A stretch of DNA of 64,000 nt from Bugula neritina (taxonomy: Eukaryota; Animalia; Bryozoa): positions 1,189,628 to 1,253,627 of the forward strand of contig OZ037771.1 in NCBI GenBank assembly GCA_964035545.1. Reading direction: 5' to 3'. This document shows positions 13,732 to 27,100 of the stretch, piece after piece. Both the position numbers and the translations under genes were made by a program. Below the pieces are notes generated by a model. It had not been told where the DNA came from. It was given only the letters and a program-made list of their open reading frames with translations, and searched no databases. Position 1 is the first letter of the stretch. Each line of letters starts with the position of its first letter.

Positions 13732-15285
13732 TCATACGTCCACTTCACTACCATCTTCCTCTTCGTCTTCTGAACTCACGTCTTCATCAACTTGAAGTTC
13801 GGCTGCAACACAAAGGGAGGTTTTCCTGTGAGCTTCATATCGAAAATGTAAACATACTCAAACTAGCATAGCAAGAGTTCAACTGAAGTTCAACACTGAA
13901 GTTTTGCAAAATTGAGAGGGAGAACAATACATGCTTTCAGTCGAGTTGCATCTAACTTGGTCAATGATACTGTAATTTGATTGAACTCCATGATGCACTC
14001 ACGGTAAGTGGTGACGCTGTCGACATCGCTCATAGTATCATCTGCTGACTTGAGCTTATCTGCTTTACCAGCAGGTGGCGTTGACGTCGGCTCTGTCTTT
14101 AACTTCTTTCTTGCTGGTTCATCCTCTTTGCTAGCAACAATTAGCTCGGCCTTCAACTTTTCCTTTACCTGTGACCTATGTGCATCACCAACAAACGACC
14201 TTGACATTGACTGCATTGACCTTGAATTTTAATCAAACATATTTTATCCACTAATTGTCAATTTCGGCAATGTTCTTGAGCGATATCTTAGTAATAAACA
14301 AAAAATCTCAAATAAAAATGTTTTTATAATTAAACTACTGGATTGAAACTTTCAAATGTAATTAAACTTGGATATTAGGTTCAACATTAATGGTGCTACC
14401 AATATGCGAGTTCCAGTTGGATTCTACTTACACCGTACGGTGCTTCATTCTCTCGGCTATAGAATTGATGTCACTGCCGAAGCTTTTGACCGCCGAGTGT
14501 AGAGCCTCTATTTCTGCTGCACTCCACTTACTGAAACAAAAAATTTGCAAACCCTAAGCAACCAGCATATTGATAGTGTAGCTTATTCTATTCTATTATA
14601 TCTATTGTGAAATCTTGTCATTGCAGCCAAATACTTTATTTCAAGTTGAGGTTTGGCACAGGTGAGAGAGAAATATCCTGCAAGCTTCTACACAAACCTG
14701 GTTGGCTGCCCATCAGGGTTAGGGTGGAGTTGCATTGTCAGTGAACCCAGATTACGAAATGCATCTCCGGCAGCGAGGAATATTTCTGCCACCTGAAACA
14801 ATTGAAGTAATAATTACAACAAAGCCAGGAAAATTTCAGCACATAATACATCAGCTGAAAAAAATTTCTACAAATTTAAATTATTTTCAATGTTAGTGAG
14901 AAGACAACTCCACGAAAAGCTTTTTTAATTTGGATAGCTATGAGGAGTTATCTTATTTTTTCAATGACCAATATAATATAAGGTTGCATAAAATATTGGA
15001 CTGTTGCATTAAATATTTATATTAATTAATGCTGTATAAATATATTCAAAGCTAGAATATTTTGCAAAAGTAATAAAAAAGTTGTTTTGAAATTGTCATA
15101 AATTGTATTATTTTATGCTATTATGTCTATTATCCACAACTGGTTCATGCAATATAATTGCAAATGTTCGAGTAACTACATGAACATGAGCCTAAAAATA
15201 TTAGCCATCTGTAAATGTATGTTTTTTTTATCGAAACAGAAAATCTGACTACACAATTTAAAATCACCTTTTGAGATGTAGCCAT
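13732..15285 (-). CDS. BAP18: Chromatin complexes subunit BAP18 (C17orf49) homolog, SANT/Myb-like; 5 coding exons
   Basis: MATSQK|VAEIFLAAGDAFRNLGSLTMQLHPNPDGQPTS|KWSAAEIEALHSAVKSFGSDINSIAERMKHRTV|SQVKEKLK... matches recalled human KVGEIFSAAGAAFTKLGELTMQLHP..KWTETEIEMLRAAVKRFGDD..RTVAQIK. Splice phases are consistent; the acidic tail ends at TGA 13734-13732. Confidence 0.93.
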
Positions 15286-15772
15286 AGCTGTGTAGCGAAT
15301 CCCAACAAATGCTTCAACTCGAAGAAACTTTCTCTTATTCTAGCTGGAATGAAAACATAAATGGTGAGAACTTACAAAATCGTGGACGCAGTGTTAAGAA
15401 TAATTATTGAAAAAATGTACTTTTGTTTAGTGCGTAGTCAGTACATTTCATAATCAGAAATTAAAGAACACAACATATATAATGCCAAAACTATCCTTCT
15501 AAACCAAATAATAATCTTGAATTTCAAATTCAGTTTGTTATAACTTAACAGGTATCAGCAACACAGATGACAACTTAAATATTTCACAGATTCATGCATC
15601 GACTTTTACAGTAATAAACAATTTTCAGAGTTTCAATGATTTGCACAAGATTGGTCAAATTATCTGAATAATAGGAATAATGATAGCCACACTGATGGTT
15701 AATATTTAGAAAAAACATTACATATTTATTTTTATTATATTTATATTTTAACTTTATCTACTAGAGTAACTA

Positions 15773-15981
15773 GGTGTCTGGTAAAAATGGCACAGGTAAT
15801 AATGGCAAAAATGGCAAAGTAGGTAAAAATGGCACATTCCAATATTAGAGTTTGAAGTGAGGGTTATGAATGAGGGGTTTAGATTTGGGGAGAGGGGTTT
15901 GGGTTTAAGGGTTGGGTTTGGGATAATTTAACACTTGTGTGCCATTTTTACCTACTTTTCCATTTGTGCCACTTTTACCTA
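15773..15981. mobile_element. Foldback/MITE-like element with 43-bp inverted arms and G-rich telomere-like spacer
   Basis: 15794-15836 and 15938-15980 are reverse complements with 4 mismatches; the spacer contains ggggtttgggtttaagggttgggtttggg. Confidence 0.65.
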
Positions 15982-18169
15982 AAATGGAGTAATTATTATT
16001 ATAATCACTTTAATACGTTTAATGATTAAAAATTGAATTTTATGGAACACAGTTTGAGTTTTACGTTTAGTTGAGCCTTGTAGTTGTTTGTAGACAAGCT
16101 AGCAGCGTGGCAAAACAATGATGAGCATATTTTATATTTATAATAAATTTAATAAGTGAAATAATAATAATATCAATGACAATATTAATATAACATCAAC
16201 ATGGGTATGACTATCACTATGTAAATCATTAAATGTATTAACTTTAAAGTTAACCAGATCGTATACTTATTAAAGTTATACTTACAGTTACAGTGATAGT
16301 GATCAGTGATACTGATAGTGATTAGCCATTTTATTAATCAGTATCACAAGGCATCAGTATGAGTATCAGTACATTACTATATAAACATTAATTATATTAT
16401 TATTTATATACTTTTCAATATTTGTATCAGAACTAGTATTACTATTACTATTAGTATTAGTATTACTATTAGCAATAACTCCAATAGCCAATACTAATAC
16501 TAAGTCTAATACTAATAGCCAATAGACATAGTCATAGTGAATAGGCAATATGAGTAACTAAAAAGAGTAACACTAACAGTAACACTAACGGCTACTAACA
16601 GTAACTGTAAGAATAAGGCTAGCTAAGTAAACAAGTAAAGACGCTGTGATACTGATTATCATAATGATAATCATTATTAATATTATGAATATGATCATCA
16701 TTATGATAAAAACTAAAAGTAAAAGAAAGTTTTCAATAATCTTGAGGATAACATAAACTATAAGCTCGAAACGGAGTTTAACAGCCCATTACCAATGACC
16801 GTCAGATATTTATTATTTGTAACAAACTTGAATAATTTGATATTAATTATAATAGACCCATTTAAATTTAGAATCCAAACTACTCAGCTGGAAAATAATA
16901 CATTATTATTATAACTATTTTCCTGATCATTAATCGAGACATTTTTCTGTGTGCGGACCGACACTACAAACAGTTCAGCTTTGCAAATTGCTTTTAAAGA
17001 GTTGTCGTCGTTTTTGTTGAAGATACTTTAATTTACTACCGTTTTGGTTGTCGTGTTATTTACGTATTTCACCGATCTATGTAAAGCTGAACAACATTCA
17101 CTAGTTTAATTTGCCTTGAAACGTGCAAGTTTTGTCACCAAGCATGCGCACTACTGTAAGCGCAGCATCGTGGCTCTACCGACATGTGGTTATCGCGTAA
17201 CTGAAGATTTTCTGATAGTAAAATTTCGTGTGGAATACTTGCGACTCTTGTTTTAGAAACACATTAGAATGCTTAATTAAACTTCTCGAAGCTGATGGCT
17301 ATTGCAGTGTTTAGTTTCAATTATTATATTTAATTTTACAGCTGGAATTGCGAGTTATTTTCGACATCATCTGACAGTGACTCTGTATCTTAAAACAAAT
17401 CTTCAGCCTCAAAATCTATTAGTATTATCACTATGACTATGATTATCGGCAGGCTTTCACGAAGCAGTTTTGTGTAACCTTTGTCGGCTGAACAAATCTA
17501 CTTGACCAGTAGACAGCATTTCTTAAATTGGCATTAGTTTTAAACTAAGTAACACCATAATTATTGCACTAACGTTCACCGCCAACGTTTTTCATTTAAT
17601 TTCACTTTTGAACGCACTTTGACAGTAACACTTACTGTATTTTATTTCTTTGGTCAGACTCAAGAGAGCACCCAGGTTGGATATATATTTTGTTTCAAAC
17701 TGTGAGTATTACATTTACTACTACTATTAGTACTTCTAGTTTTAATTAACTTAGCATAAACATAGCTTTTCATACATCACATTCACAGTCTGAGTCTAGG
17801 CCCTGGTCCGAGTCGCTAGTTGAATGGTTGATTAGTTAGTGTTGCTGTTAGAACGAAGTAGTTGAGCATCTTTTTATTAGCATGTAAATTGTAATAATAT
17901 TACTATTAGTATTAGTGTGAAATGGTAATTGAAATTGTTAAAACTAAAGGCTGGGTGACCTCATAAATTTCGAAAGTGAAAGTTGACAATGCCTGCTTTT
18001 TGTATGCAAATAATTATAGTATAGGGAAATTTTTTTTAACCTGATTACTACTAAATGCTTTGTGAAATGTTTTAAACATAATAACAGTCACTATCTGTTA
18101 CACTTCAGGTTAAGTGTAAAGACAACAACTCAAGTTTGAGCAACACAGCTGCTCTATTTGCCTATTAGC

Positions 18170-21100
18170 ATGTCGGAAAAAGTGGCTTCTCCTACATTTG
18201 CTGCCACTGTTAGTTCTGGTAATGGATATAATCAGGGCATATCCATAGGCCCCGAAGCTAGTCTAAAGACTAATGAAACTTTACCTGCAAAGACCTTAGT
18301 TACTACTGAACCCAATGTCAATACTGATCAGTCAGCTGCAGAAGCCTGTAACAAAAATGCTTTGCCACCAGCTCATGCTACCTCAGCAGCCAGCAATAAT
18401 GCAAAAATAAATGCACCATCTAATTCTAAACCTGACTCATCAAATCCCAGGCTTGACACTGATAATAAACCGGTGAATGTTGACAGTTCTAAAACTGACC
18501 GTAACAAAGATGAAAAAGGAAAAGATGACACAAAAACAGACAAATTAAAAGGACCAAAAACTTTTGACAAAGAAAATTATGTCGAGGCTCCTCTACCTGC
18601 AACTAATCCCTGGAAGAAACCAGTTATAGAGCCCCCTAAACCAACTTCTACTAAACCCGAAAATAAACATTCAGCAAATGATGCTCAAGCAGATAAAAAA
18701 AAAGCTGGACCTTCCACGAATCACAGAATGGGCGGTCACCGATCTCCCAGGCCTCCCAAGTATTCACATCACAATAAACCTTCCCACCATTTAGCACATT
18801 CAAATAAATCAGATCAGAAGGTCGTTGAAGGTCGAGCCAAGAAGTCTCCTGTCCCATCTAAATCAGCCGCCACCTCCGACGCTCCATCACACCATTCTTC
18901 AGCCACACAAGGTAACCTAAAATCTTGTTTCTTGGATTTGTATTCTCTTGTATTGTGTATGCACAAAAATGTCCCCATTTGCTTTTATCTGAATTCTTTT
19001 TAGAACTTATAAAACAGCTGACATAGCTATACAGTGTAGACAGTTTCCACAAAACCTTTTTTCCTTAGATTAGCAAATAAAAATGCAATAAAAACGTGCT
19101 TATAATTTTTACCAGGGCTTCACTTTGGCCAAAAACTAGCTGCAAATATTTTGAATACACCAAATTGATAAATAATAAAAACAAATTTGTTTAGAGACAT
19201 AATATACTGGACGTGCATGAAGATAATACATTACCTGCTCAACCAAATCTGTACCAGACTGCAGCTCTTGCATTCTAATATTTTCTTCTTTGCATTCAAG
19301 AGGGGAAATATCTCTATCCACCACTTGATATACAGATGTAGTGCCTATAGCCAATGCATACTTGTATTGGTGATAGGTATCAGTTTGTCCTCGTCAAGTA
19401 GCTGCTTATCTAAGCTAATATGTATATGATGTAATGAGTTTCTTTAAAAGCAGACATATCTTGCAAGGTGTTAGCTCCCACAACACACCACTTTCCTATT
19501 ACGCTTCAACCTAGAGCTATTTTCCACCATCTTAAAATGCATCCTGGTGTTGTGCTGTTGATATTAAGCGAATTTCTGTAAAAGTGGAAGTGCTGCGTGG
19601 CTGGTACCAGTAGATTAGTGCTGTTACTGTCAACGCTAGAGGGACGTGGTCGCAGTGCTCAGTGTTGCCAGCGTTGCAGCTGATGCTAGTCGTTTGTATG
19701 ACTTACAGAAAAGAGTGGTAAGCCGCAGATGAGCGGCAGCAAGACTGGCACCCACACCTCCAGTACAGAGTCAGCACCGGCTGCACCCGCCACAGAGCCA
19801 AAGGTTGAAAAGACCAACACACCAAAAACTTTCGTAACTCGGCCGGTAAGTCCCAGCAAGCCGTATGCTGTGGTGATTGGTGCGAAGGAGGCCAAGAGCA
19901 CATCCGGCGAGGAGTCCTCAGCCACAGGAGATCTCCAGACTGAGAATGCCGAGTCTGCCAAACCTGTCTCCAAGACAACCCCACTAGTCAAAGAAAACAA
20001 AAAGGTATGAGTTGTTCAATTCTTGTTTGCTTTAATGTTTCTCGGCAGCTCTAGGTTGGGTCCTTGCTGTGTTACCATCTAAAGCAAAGTAAACTTTGTC
20101 AAATGTCTTCAGTGTGACTAATTTCATTACTTGATGTTGAGCAGCTTTGTGGAATGGATTTGATTATAATTTTGAATGTAACCCCCCCCCTCCCCCCAGA
20201 GATTATCTGACCAGTAAGGTTTATGTATAAGTAAGTCATGTGATCATTTCAACTGAAGTTGCTCTCTACTTTCAGGACCCTAACTTAGATGACAGATTTT
20301 GGCCAAGTCTTACCACTCTTTCAGCCAAACCAAGCAAGCCAAGCGCTGACTCTAGCAGTGGCACTGCTGCGGTCACAGCTCCTTCAACTGCTGCCACTGC
20401 GCCTCTTACCAGCCCTGGAGAGGTGATGTCCTGTTATTATTACTAGTAACAAGTTTTAGCTCAGCTATTATTCTGTATTAGAAAAGGTAGCAATCAGTAC
20501 ATTGAATACAGGGGAAGGCTACTCCAACATACCATATTTCCCACTTGGTAACCAAAATCTTGTTTTTGGCCTTTTATAGTTACTAATGCAGTAAAAACTG
20601 TGTTAATACCACTAATGGTGTTTATTTTCTCAATGCAGTAAAAGCTCTATTGTTGAATTCATTTCTCTAATTCACATTATCAGCAAAGTAGTTACTAAGT
20701 TTTGTGCCCTTTTCTAAAGTACTAAGTTTTTTGAAACAAGCTCAATGTTATAGTTCCACCTCCACCTATTAACTTGGTGGTTGGCTTTCAAATTAGGCTT
20801 TAAAATAGTTGAACGTTTGAAAAGAATGTAGCTACTGAGACCAAACTGCATGTAGCCTTTGAAGGATTGAAAACAACTTCATTTGGAACAAGCTCCCTGC
20901 ATTGTCCAATGATTATAGTTATTAGGCCAGGAATACTATTTATTATCATTCTTGATGGGTTTAGTGTTGATTCTGTCATGTGACTGCTATTAGTTATGTA
21001 ATATTGACTTAAGCCCTTTGTCACTTGAACATTTCTTCTTAGATGTAAGCTTCATGGTTTATTATACTCTCTTTTTAACTTATGGAGGTGACTTTTAGTT

Positions 21101-24100
21101 ATTTTAGTTTTTTTTTAAAAAACCAAGTAACAGATAATGTATTTTAGATGTCTGATTACACATTTTATATTTTTTTATTCAGTTTTATTATTTTATGATT
21201 AAGAAATTCTATCATCGCTATTGTTATTGTTCTTATCAGTCGACAATGGTAAAGAAGACAGCCAAGACAGATGCTGCCAGTTTGCCGTCAGCTAAAAGCG
21301 AGTCCGTTAGTTGGGATGCGCTGGTGCAGCAGGAGCTGAGCAACTCTGTAGTGGACCCTCTGGAGTTTCCTGCCCCTGGAGATCGTCCTGTCAGCAGCTC
21401 TGGCAGCGGAGAGGAAAACAAGGAGAACTACCACGGTGAAGAGGAGACACAGCGCACTCCCAACTCTAGGAAAAGAGGTACAGTTCTCAATCTCTCTTCC
21501 TCTTCACTTGCATTACTTGTGTACTAGCTATACGTTTTAATAACTTCATTTAATTAAATACTTAACACATTAGAATGACTGCATTTTGCTTCAGTTTGAA
21601 TAAAGCAACCCAATGTCTACCAATCTGGTATTAACACTATAAACCAGTGATGTGATGCCATCTGCACCAGGAGAACATTCCGCTTATATTTGTGGCAACT
21701 CCTTTGCTACAGCAGGCACTGGCTGTCGTGGTTCTAATGGATTTAACTCACAATTCTACTCACTCAGTAGGAGTGACTGACTGTTCTACTGACAATTCTA
21801 CTCACTCAGTAGGAGTGACTGACTATTCTGCTCACTCAGTAGGAGTGACTGACTATTCTACTCACTCAGTAGGAGTGACTGACTATTCTACTCACTCAGT
21901 ATATGTGAGTTACCAGTAGTTGATGCTGGTTTCATGTTTTCTATGAAATTGCTCCCAGGTTCAGGAAAGAACACCAAGTGGAAGGTCATAGAGATAGATC
22001 GCCCCAAGTACGAGCGTCACTCCAACAGAGGAGGAGGTTACGGCCGCTCCAGGGGCAATGGTCGGTCTTCTGACGACATTCGCTCACCCAAGGAGTCTCC
22101 CCGATACCGACGCACGAATGGTCCAGTTTCCAATGGCTCTCAGAACTACCAGACTGGCAGTTCAACTAAAGGTGAGACAATCCTGTGTTTTTTCCATTTT
22201 TAGCTGTACGAGAGCATCTTGTTCAGTTATTTAAATTTAATTTTCTTTTTGTCTATAACCTTTCTCCTGATATGTTAGACTTTAGTGAGAAGGATGATGA
22301 GTCAGGTGTGACGTCTCCCCGCAGCCAGCCCAGCCCCCGCAACAGGAGTGGCAGAGGACTGAACTCTGGCAGTGGTAAACCAGGGCGTGGGCGTGGAGGA
22401 GGTGGACGTGGCAGATCCAGAGGAGGTGGCAGAAACTATCATCAGTATAGCGGCACCAATGCTGGTGAGTTGAACTTTTTACAGGTCTAGTCTATTCTCC
22501 CAAAATATGAGTTTAATTTTGTTTATCTCAGTTTGAAAATAGGGCTTCTTAAGTTTTAGTTTGAGTTTTACTTTGTATTGTATAATCTAATCTTATAGAC
22601 GGCACTGAGCTAGTGTTTATTCTGCTATTCCATACAGGATACTTGCAGTTGTACTTACAATACTTAGTTTCTGCTAACATATGTGCTCTTCTGCTTCACA
22701 CAGTCAATCCAATGCTATACAATGGCTGTGTGTATAACAACATGCCAATAGCATGGGTAGCTAGTAGTACCCAACCTAACCCTGCAGGTAATTTCTCTTT
22801 CAGTTGTTTCTATCTAACTCCAGTTCACTCATTACTCACACAATCTGTCCACACCTCACTCTACTCTGTCCAACATTCTCTCCATTGTGTTGGTTTCTAA
22901 TGTTGGTGTGATTTTATTCTTGATGTTTACTCAACCATAACTCCGGGTAACTCTTATTTTTCGCTGTTGTGAGATTTTACTTGTACCACAGAGTTTGCTG
23001 TTCAACTGTGTACTTGTTATTGTTGTAAATCTTACTAAATCACTAGTTACAGTTGCTGAGATGTATCTTTACCTTGTCAGTTACTTGCCTGCAGGAGAAC
23101 ATAATTCATAGATCTCTAGGGTTTTTGCTTTCTAAAATATATTTATAGTGGAATATGGTTGTGTTACTATCTATGACAGACCTGACTGCTATCTATCAAA
23201 TTGTTTTCTAATATCTGTGCATACAAGGGCTTTATGTTGAATAAGACTGCCAACGTATTGATATTGTAGAGAAAAGGTAATAACTCAGTAACCACCCAAT
23301 ACACTTAGCTGAAAGTATCAAAACACCAACCAACACAAATACTATTTACTTGTCAATTTTCTAAAAAATGAATGGTTAGCTCTGTCTTTGAATATGAAAG
23401 TGGCTTGCGTTGTGTTGGAAATACTGTCACACTGTACAGATACTGAGGATTCAGTTGGGAGGGGGGAGGGTAGTACGAGCTAATGCAGATATATAGCTCC
23501 CTCAAAGTCTTAGTTCAAAGTCCAACAGAGCATCACCTGCTACTCTCCCATACCTCTCCATTCATGCCCACTCCCCATTCACACCTGTTATCTGGATTAT
23601 GTACCCACACACACTGCTAGCTCCCAACTATTACCATGTCTGTAATTAAAATGTAGTTACATTTATAGGCAATTTCCTCTATTCAGATGATGCTATCATG
23701 GTTGATATAGGGCTGAACTATACCTATGGCAACCTCTACTTCACTGGCGGTGTGCCTCTCCAAGTGGATGAAGATCAACTTAGAGAATTTGTTAAAAACC
23801 AAATGTTAGTACTACGCTTGATATGAAAGTACTCAGTTTAACACTTGACGGTGTGTCAAGTACTGAAAATGTTCAACTTGACTTGTTAAATGGTGCTCCA
23901 TGTATATACCTCGTGCTACTTGCTTCATAACCTTGGTATAGGGCTCTTATGTAATATTTACTGCGACTAAGTTCTTACAAATCATGGTCTGAAATGTGTC
24001 CATCACAAGTTATTTATTGGAGAGACTAAAGTGTGAGTACATACTACATTACATGTAACATGATATGTTGGTGTGTGTTTGGCAGAGAATACTACTTCAG

Positions 24101-27100
24101 CACTGAAAACCTGCAGAAAGATTTCTTTCTCCGAAGAAACATGAATGCTGAAGGCTGGATTCCCTTATCTCTCATAGCCTCATTCCACCGTGTCCAGGTA
24201 TAGCCTCATTTCTCTGTGTTCATGTATAGCCTCATTTCTCTGTGTTCATGTATAGCCTGTGTTCATGTATTGCCCAAGCTCATGCCCTTCAAACTTGGCT
24301 AAACGAAGGTTGTGGTCTGCTGTTTCCCGTTTGCTAAGGAATGTATCAGGAAACTAAAGCTGTGCTATGCTGTGATCTGGAAGTGTCAAAAAACAGGAAA
24401 TTTTAAGTGATAAATAAGCCGCCACCTGTAGAATATGTTTGTATACTTCAAGTTTTTATAAAATTCCTTCCTCTGGTAGTTCTTCCTGTTTTTCCTGGCC
24501 TTGCACCTTCACACACCTTCACACATGTATGTACACACCTTCACACACTGTATATAAACCTTCACACATGTATGTACATACCTTCATATATGTATATATA
24601 CCTTCACACTGTATGCACACCTTCACATATGTACGTATTATTACTTCATAGGCCTTGACCCAGAATGTTGTTTTCCTGAGAGATGCTCTGGAGGGAAGCG
24701 AGGTTGTAGAAATAAGTGAGGACAAATGCCTCATACGAGCCACTGACAAGCCAGAGTCCTGGCCGATAGTGGACAACTCCCCTGGAGCAATTGGCGCTGC
24801 TCTTGCTGACACAGTTGCCAATATGACCGCCTCTTCTGCTGCCCTTAACCCTCGGGTGCCCGAGTTTGTGCCCGGGAAAAAAGTTCTCAGTACAAATACT
24901 GGTAAGTTGGAACGGTGTTTGTAAGATATACACTTCACTCTGCCATGCAGTCCATCATCTCTGTGACTTTGTGTTTTGTGTGTAGAATCGGCACCAGTGT
25001 CTCCTCAACCTCCGACGACACCCAAACATGGAGCGGCTGGTGGTGACGAGGTGCTAGGGAAACTCCGGCCTGCCATGACGCCCGGGTTGAGCAGCAGTGC
25101 TCCAGAACACAGCTCCATGGATGAGTGGTTTGAGGTGAGGAGTATATCATACCTGTGCCATGTGTTAAATGATGGAGTTTATCAGAGATAAATTAGTTTG
25201 CTATCTGTAAGCCTGCTTTCTACCTGTGTTATTATTGAATACTGGTGGGTTATTCCAATCAGTTGCTGTCTGCTCCTCAGGTGAAGCGCAAGTCGAATCG
25301 TAAGAGTGGTGCTGACAGGAAAGCTAGGAGACAGATATCCGAAGTACCCACCAAGAACGTCGGTTCTCCTCAGAAGGGCCAGAAAGACGCACCGGCAGAA
25401 GACGAGCAGGAAGAGCTGGACTTCATGTTTGACGAGGAGTTGGAGCAGCTGAGAGACGGTGGAGGACGGAGAAACCAGTTCACAGAGTATTTGTAAGTGA
25501 AGTGACCACTCATTGAGCTCGTTACAGCCAACCAACCAATTGATAGGATGGTTACAAGTGACTTGGCTCTCTAATATGCTCCTACTATCTGCTGCACCGT
25601 GGTTCATGTTTATATCATTTGTTCTTGCATTTCCTGTTATGATACCATGTTTGATATTATGCTTTCTGCCGCAGCAGCACCTACACTGACTCCGGTGGCT
25701 CTGGTTCTTGGCCTCCCACCCTCAAACTCACTTTTCTGTATGAGAGGCGCCTTATCAAGCGACCCTTTCTGTTCAGTATTCTTGTAGTTTATGTAATGAG
25801 AGTCTGTGGCTACAGACTTAAACATCGTCTACAAGTGGGCGTCGGCCGTAGTGCCGCATGTGACTCTACCACCTGTGCCGCTGCCGTGTCTGACGCACCA
25901 GACGGCGGTGTGGTTGCTGGTGGTTCAGTCAGCGTCAATCTCTATGTCTGCACCTCCAGGTCTGAGTCAGATGATGATGAGATTGATGACAAGGAGCTGA
26001 ATAACATACTGATAGTCACTCAGACACCTCCCTACGCCAAGAAACACCCTCAGGGTGACCGCCACCCCAACCCGGACTACCTGCCCAGGGCTAAGATGAG
26101 TGCCGAGATTGCCAAGGTCATCAACGATGGACTCTGCTATTATGAAGAGGAGCTGTGGACAGAGTATGAGGTAGTTGTCTTCCCTTTATCCTAAAGCTGA
26201 TTTTCCCTACTCGTTTGTACAGAGTGGGTGATTCCTCTGTTGGCGTTGACAACTATTAACACGTCTGCTATTTTTATGTGACAGATGTCAAGGCCATGGG
26301 TAAGTCCTGTGTTCCTGTTAGGAATTCTCTCTTTCTGTTGGTTCTCTGCTCTGTTCTGTAAGGCGTATCTACTCCATCACACTCTTCTTACACTGCTGCA
26401 TGATATTCCATATCTGGACATTATGTCTTTCTATTGTATTTCTTCGATACACTTCATCTATCGACCTCTTATTACACTGTATACTCGCATCTTCACACTG
26501 TATTTCTATTTAATAATATGTCCCTTTATTCAAATTGACATACTGTATCATCATATTCTAATTTGTCTTATACTCAGGCCACTTGGTATAATACAAATTA
26601 GAATATAATATAATAATGTTAAACTCTTTTAACATTATTTACAGGTTAATCTCTTGGTCTACTATATACATTCCAATGTATCTGTTCTCTCTACATCTAC
26701 TATGCTATGCTAGAATGTCTAGTCTTTGATTATTTCACCCTAGCCTGGAGAGTACAAGACTCTCAATGTGATTTCACAAGAAGAGTTTCAAAGCCTCACT
26801 CCGTCATCTACTCCTCAGATTGGACACCAGGAAGTCCCCCCTGCACCAGTTTCTATACAGACACCAGGTAACTACAACAAAACTCCACACGCTGCACCCT
26901 CCATGCTTGCAGTGTTTTGTCGGCAAGGGTTTCGGTAAATTTATAAAAATGAATGGACAGAACCTAATCTTTTGTTTGCCTGTCCATCCGATGAAATTTT
27001 GAACTTGACTGAGATTCGCTGAAGTGACAATTCAAGAATTAATGATTTCAGTTGAATGTTGTCTTCTTTTCAAGTTACTATATTGAGGGTTTGGTTGAGC

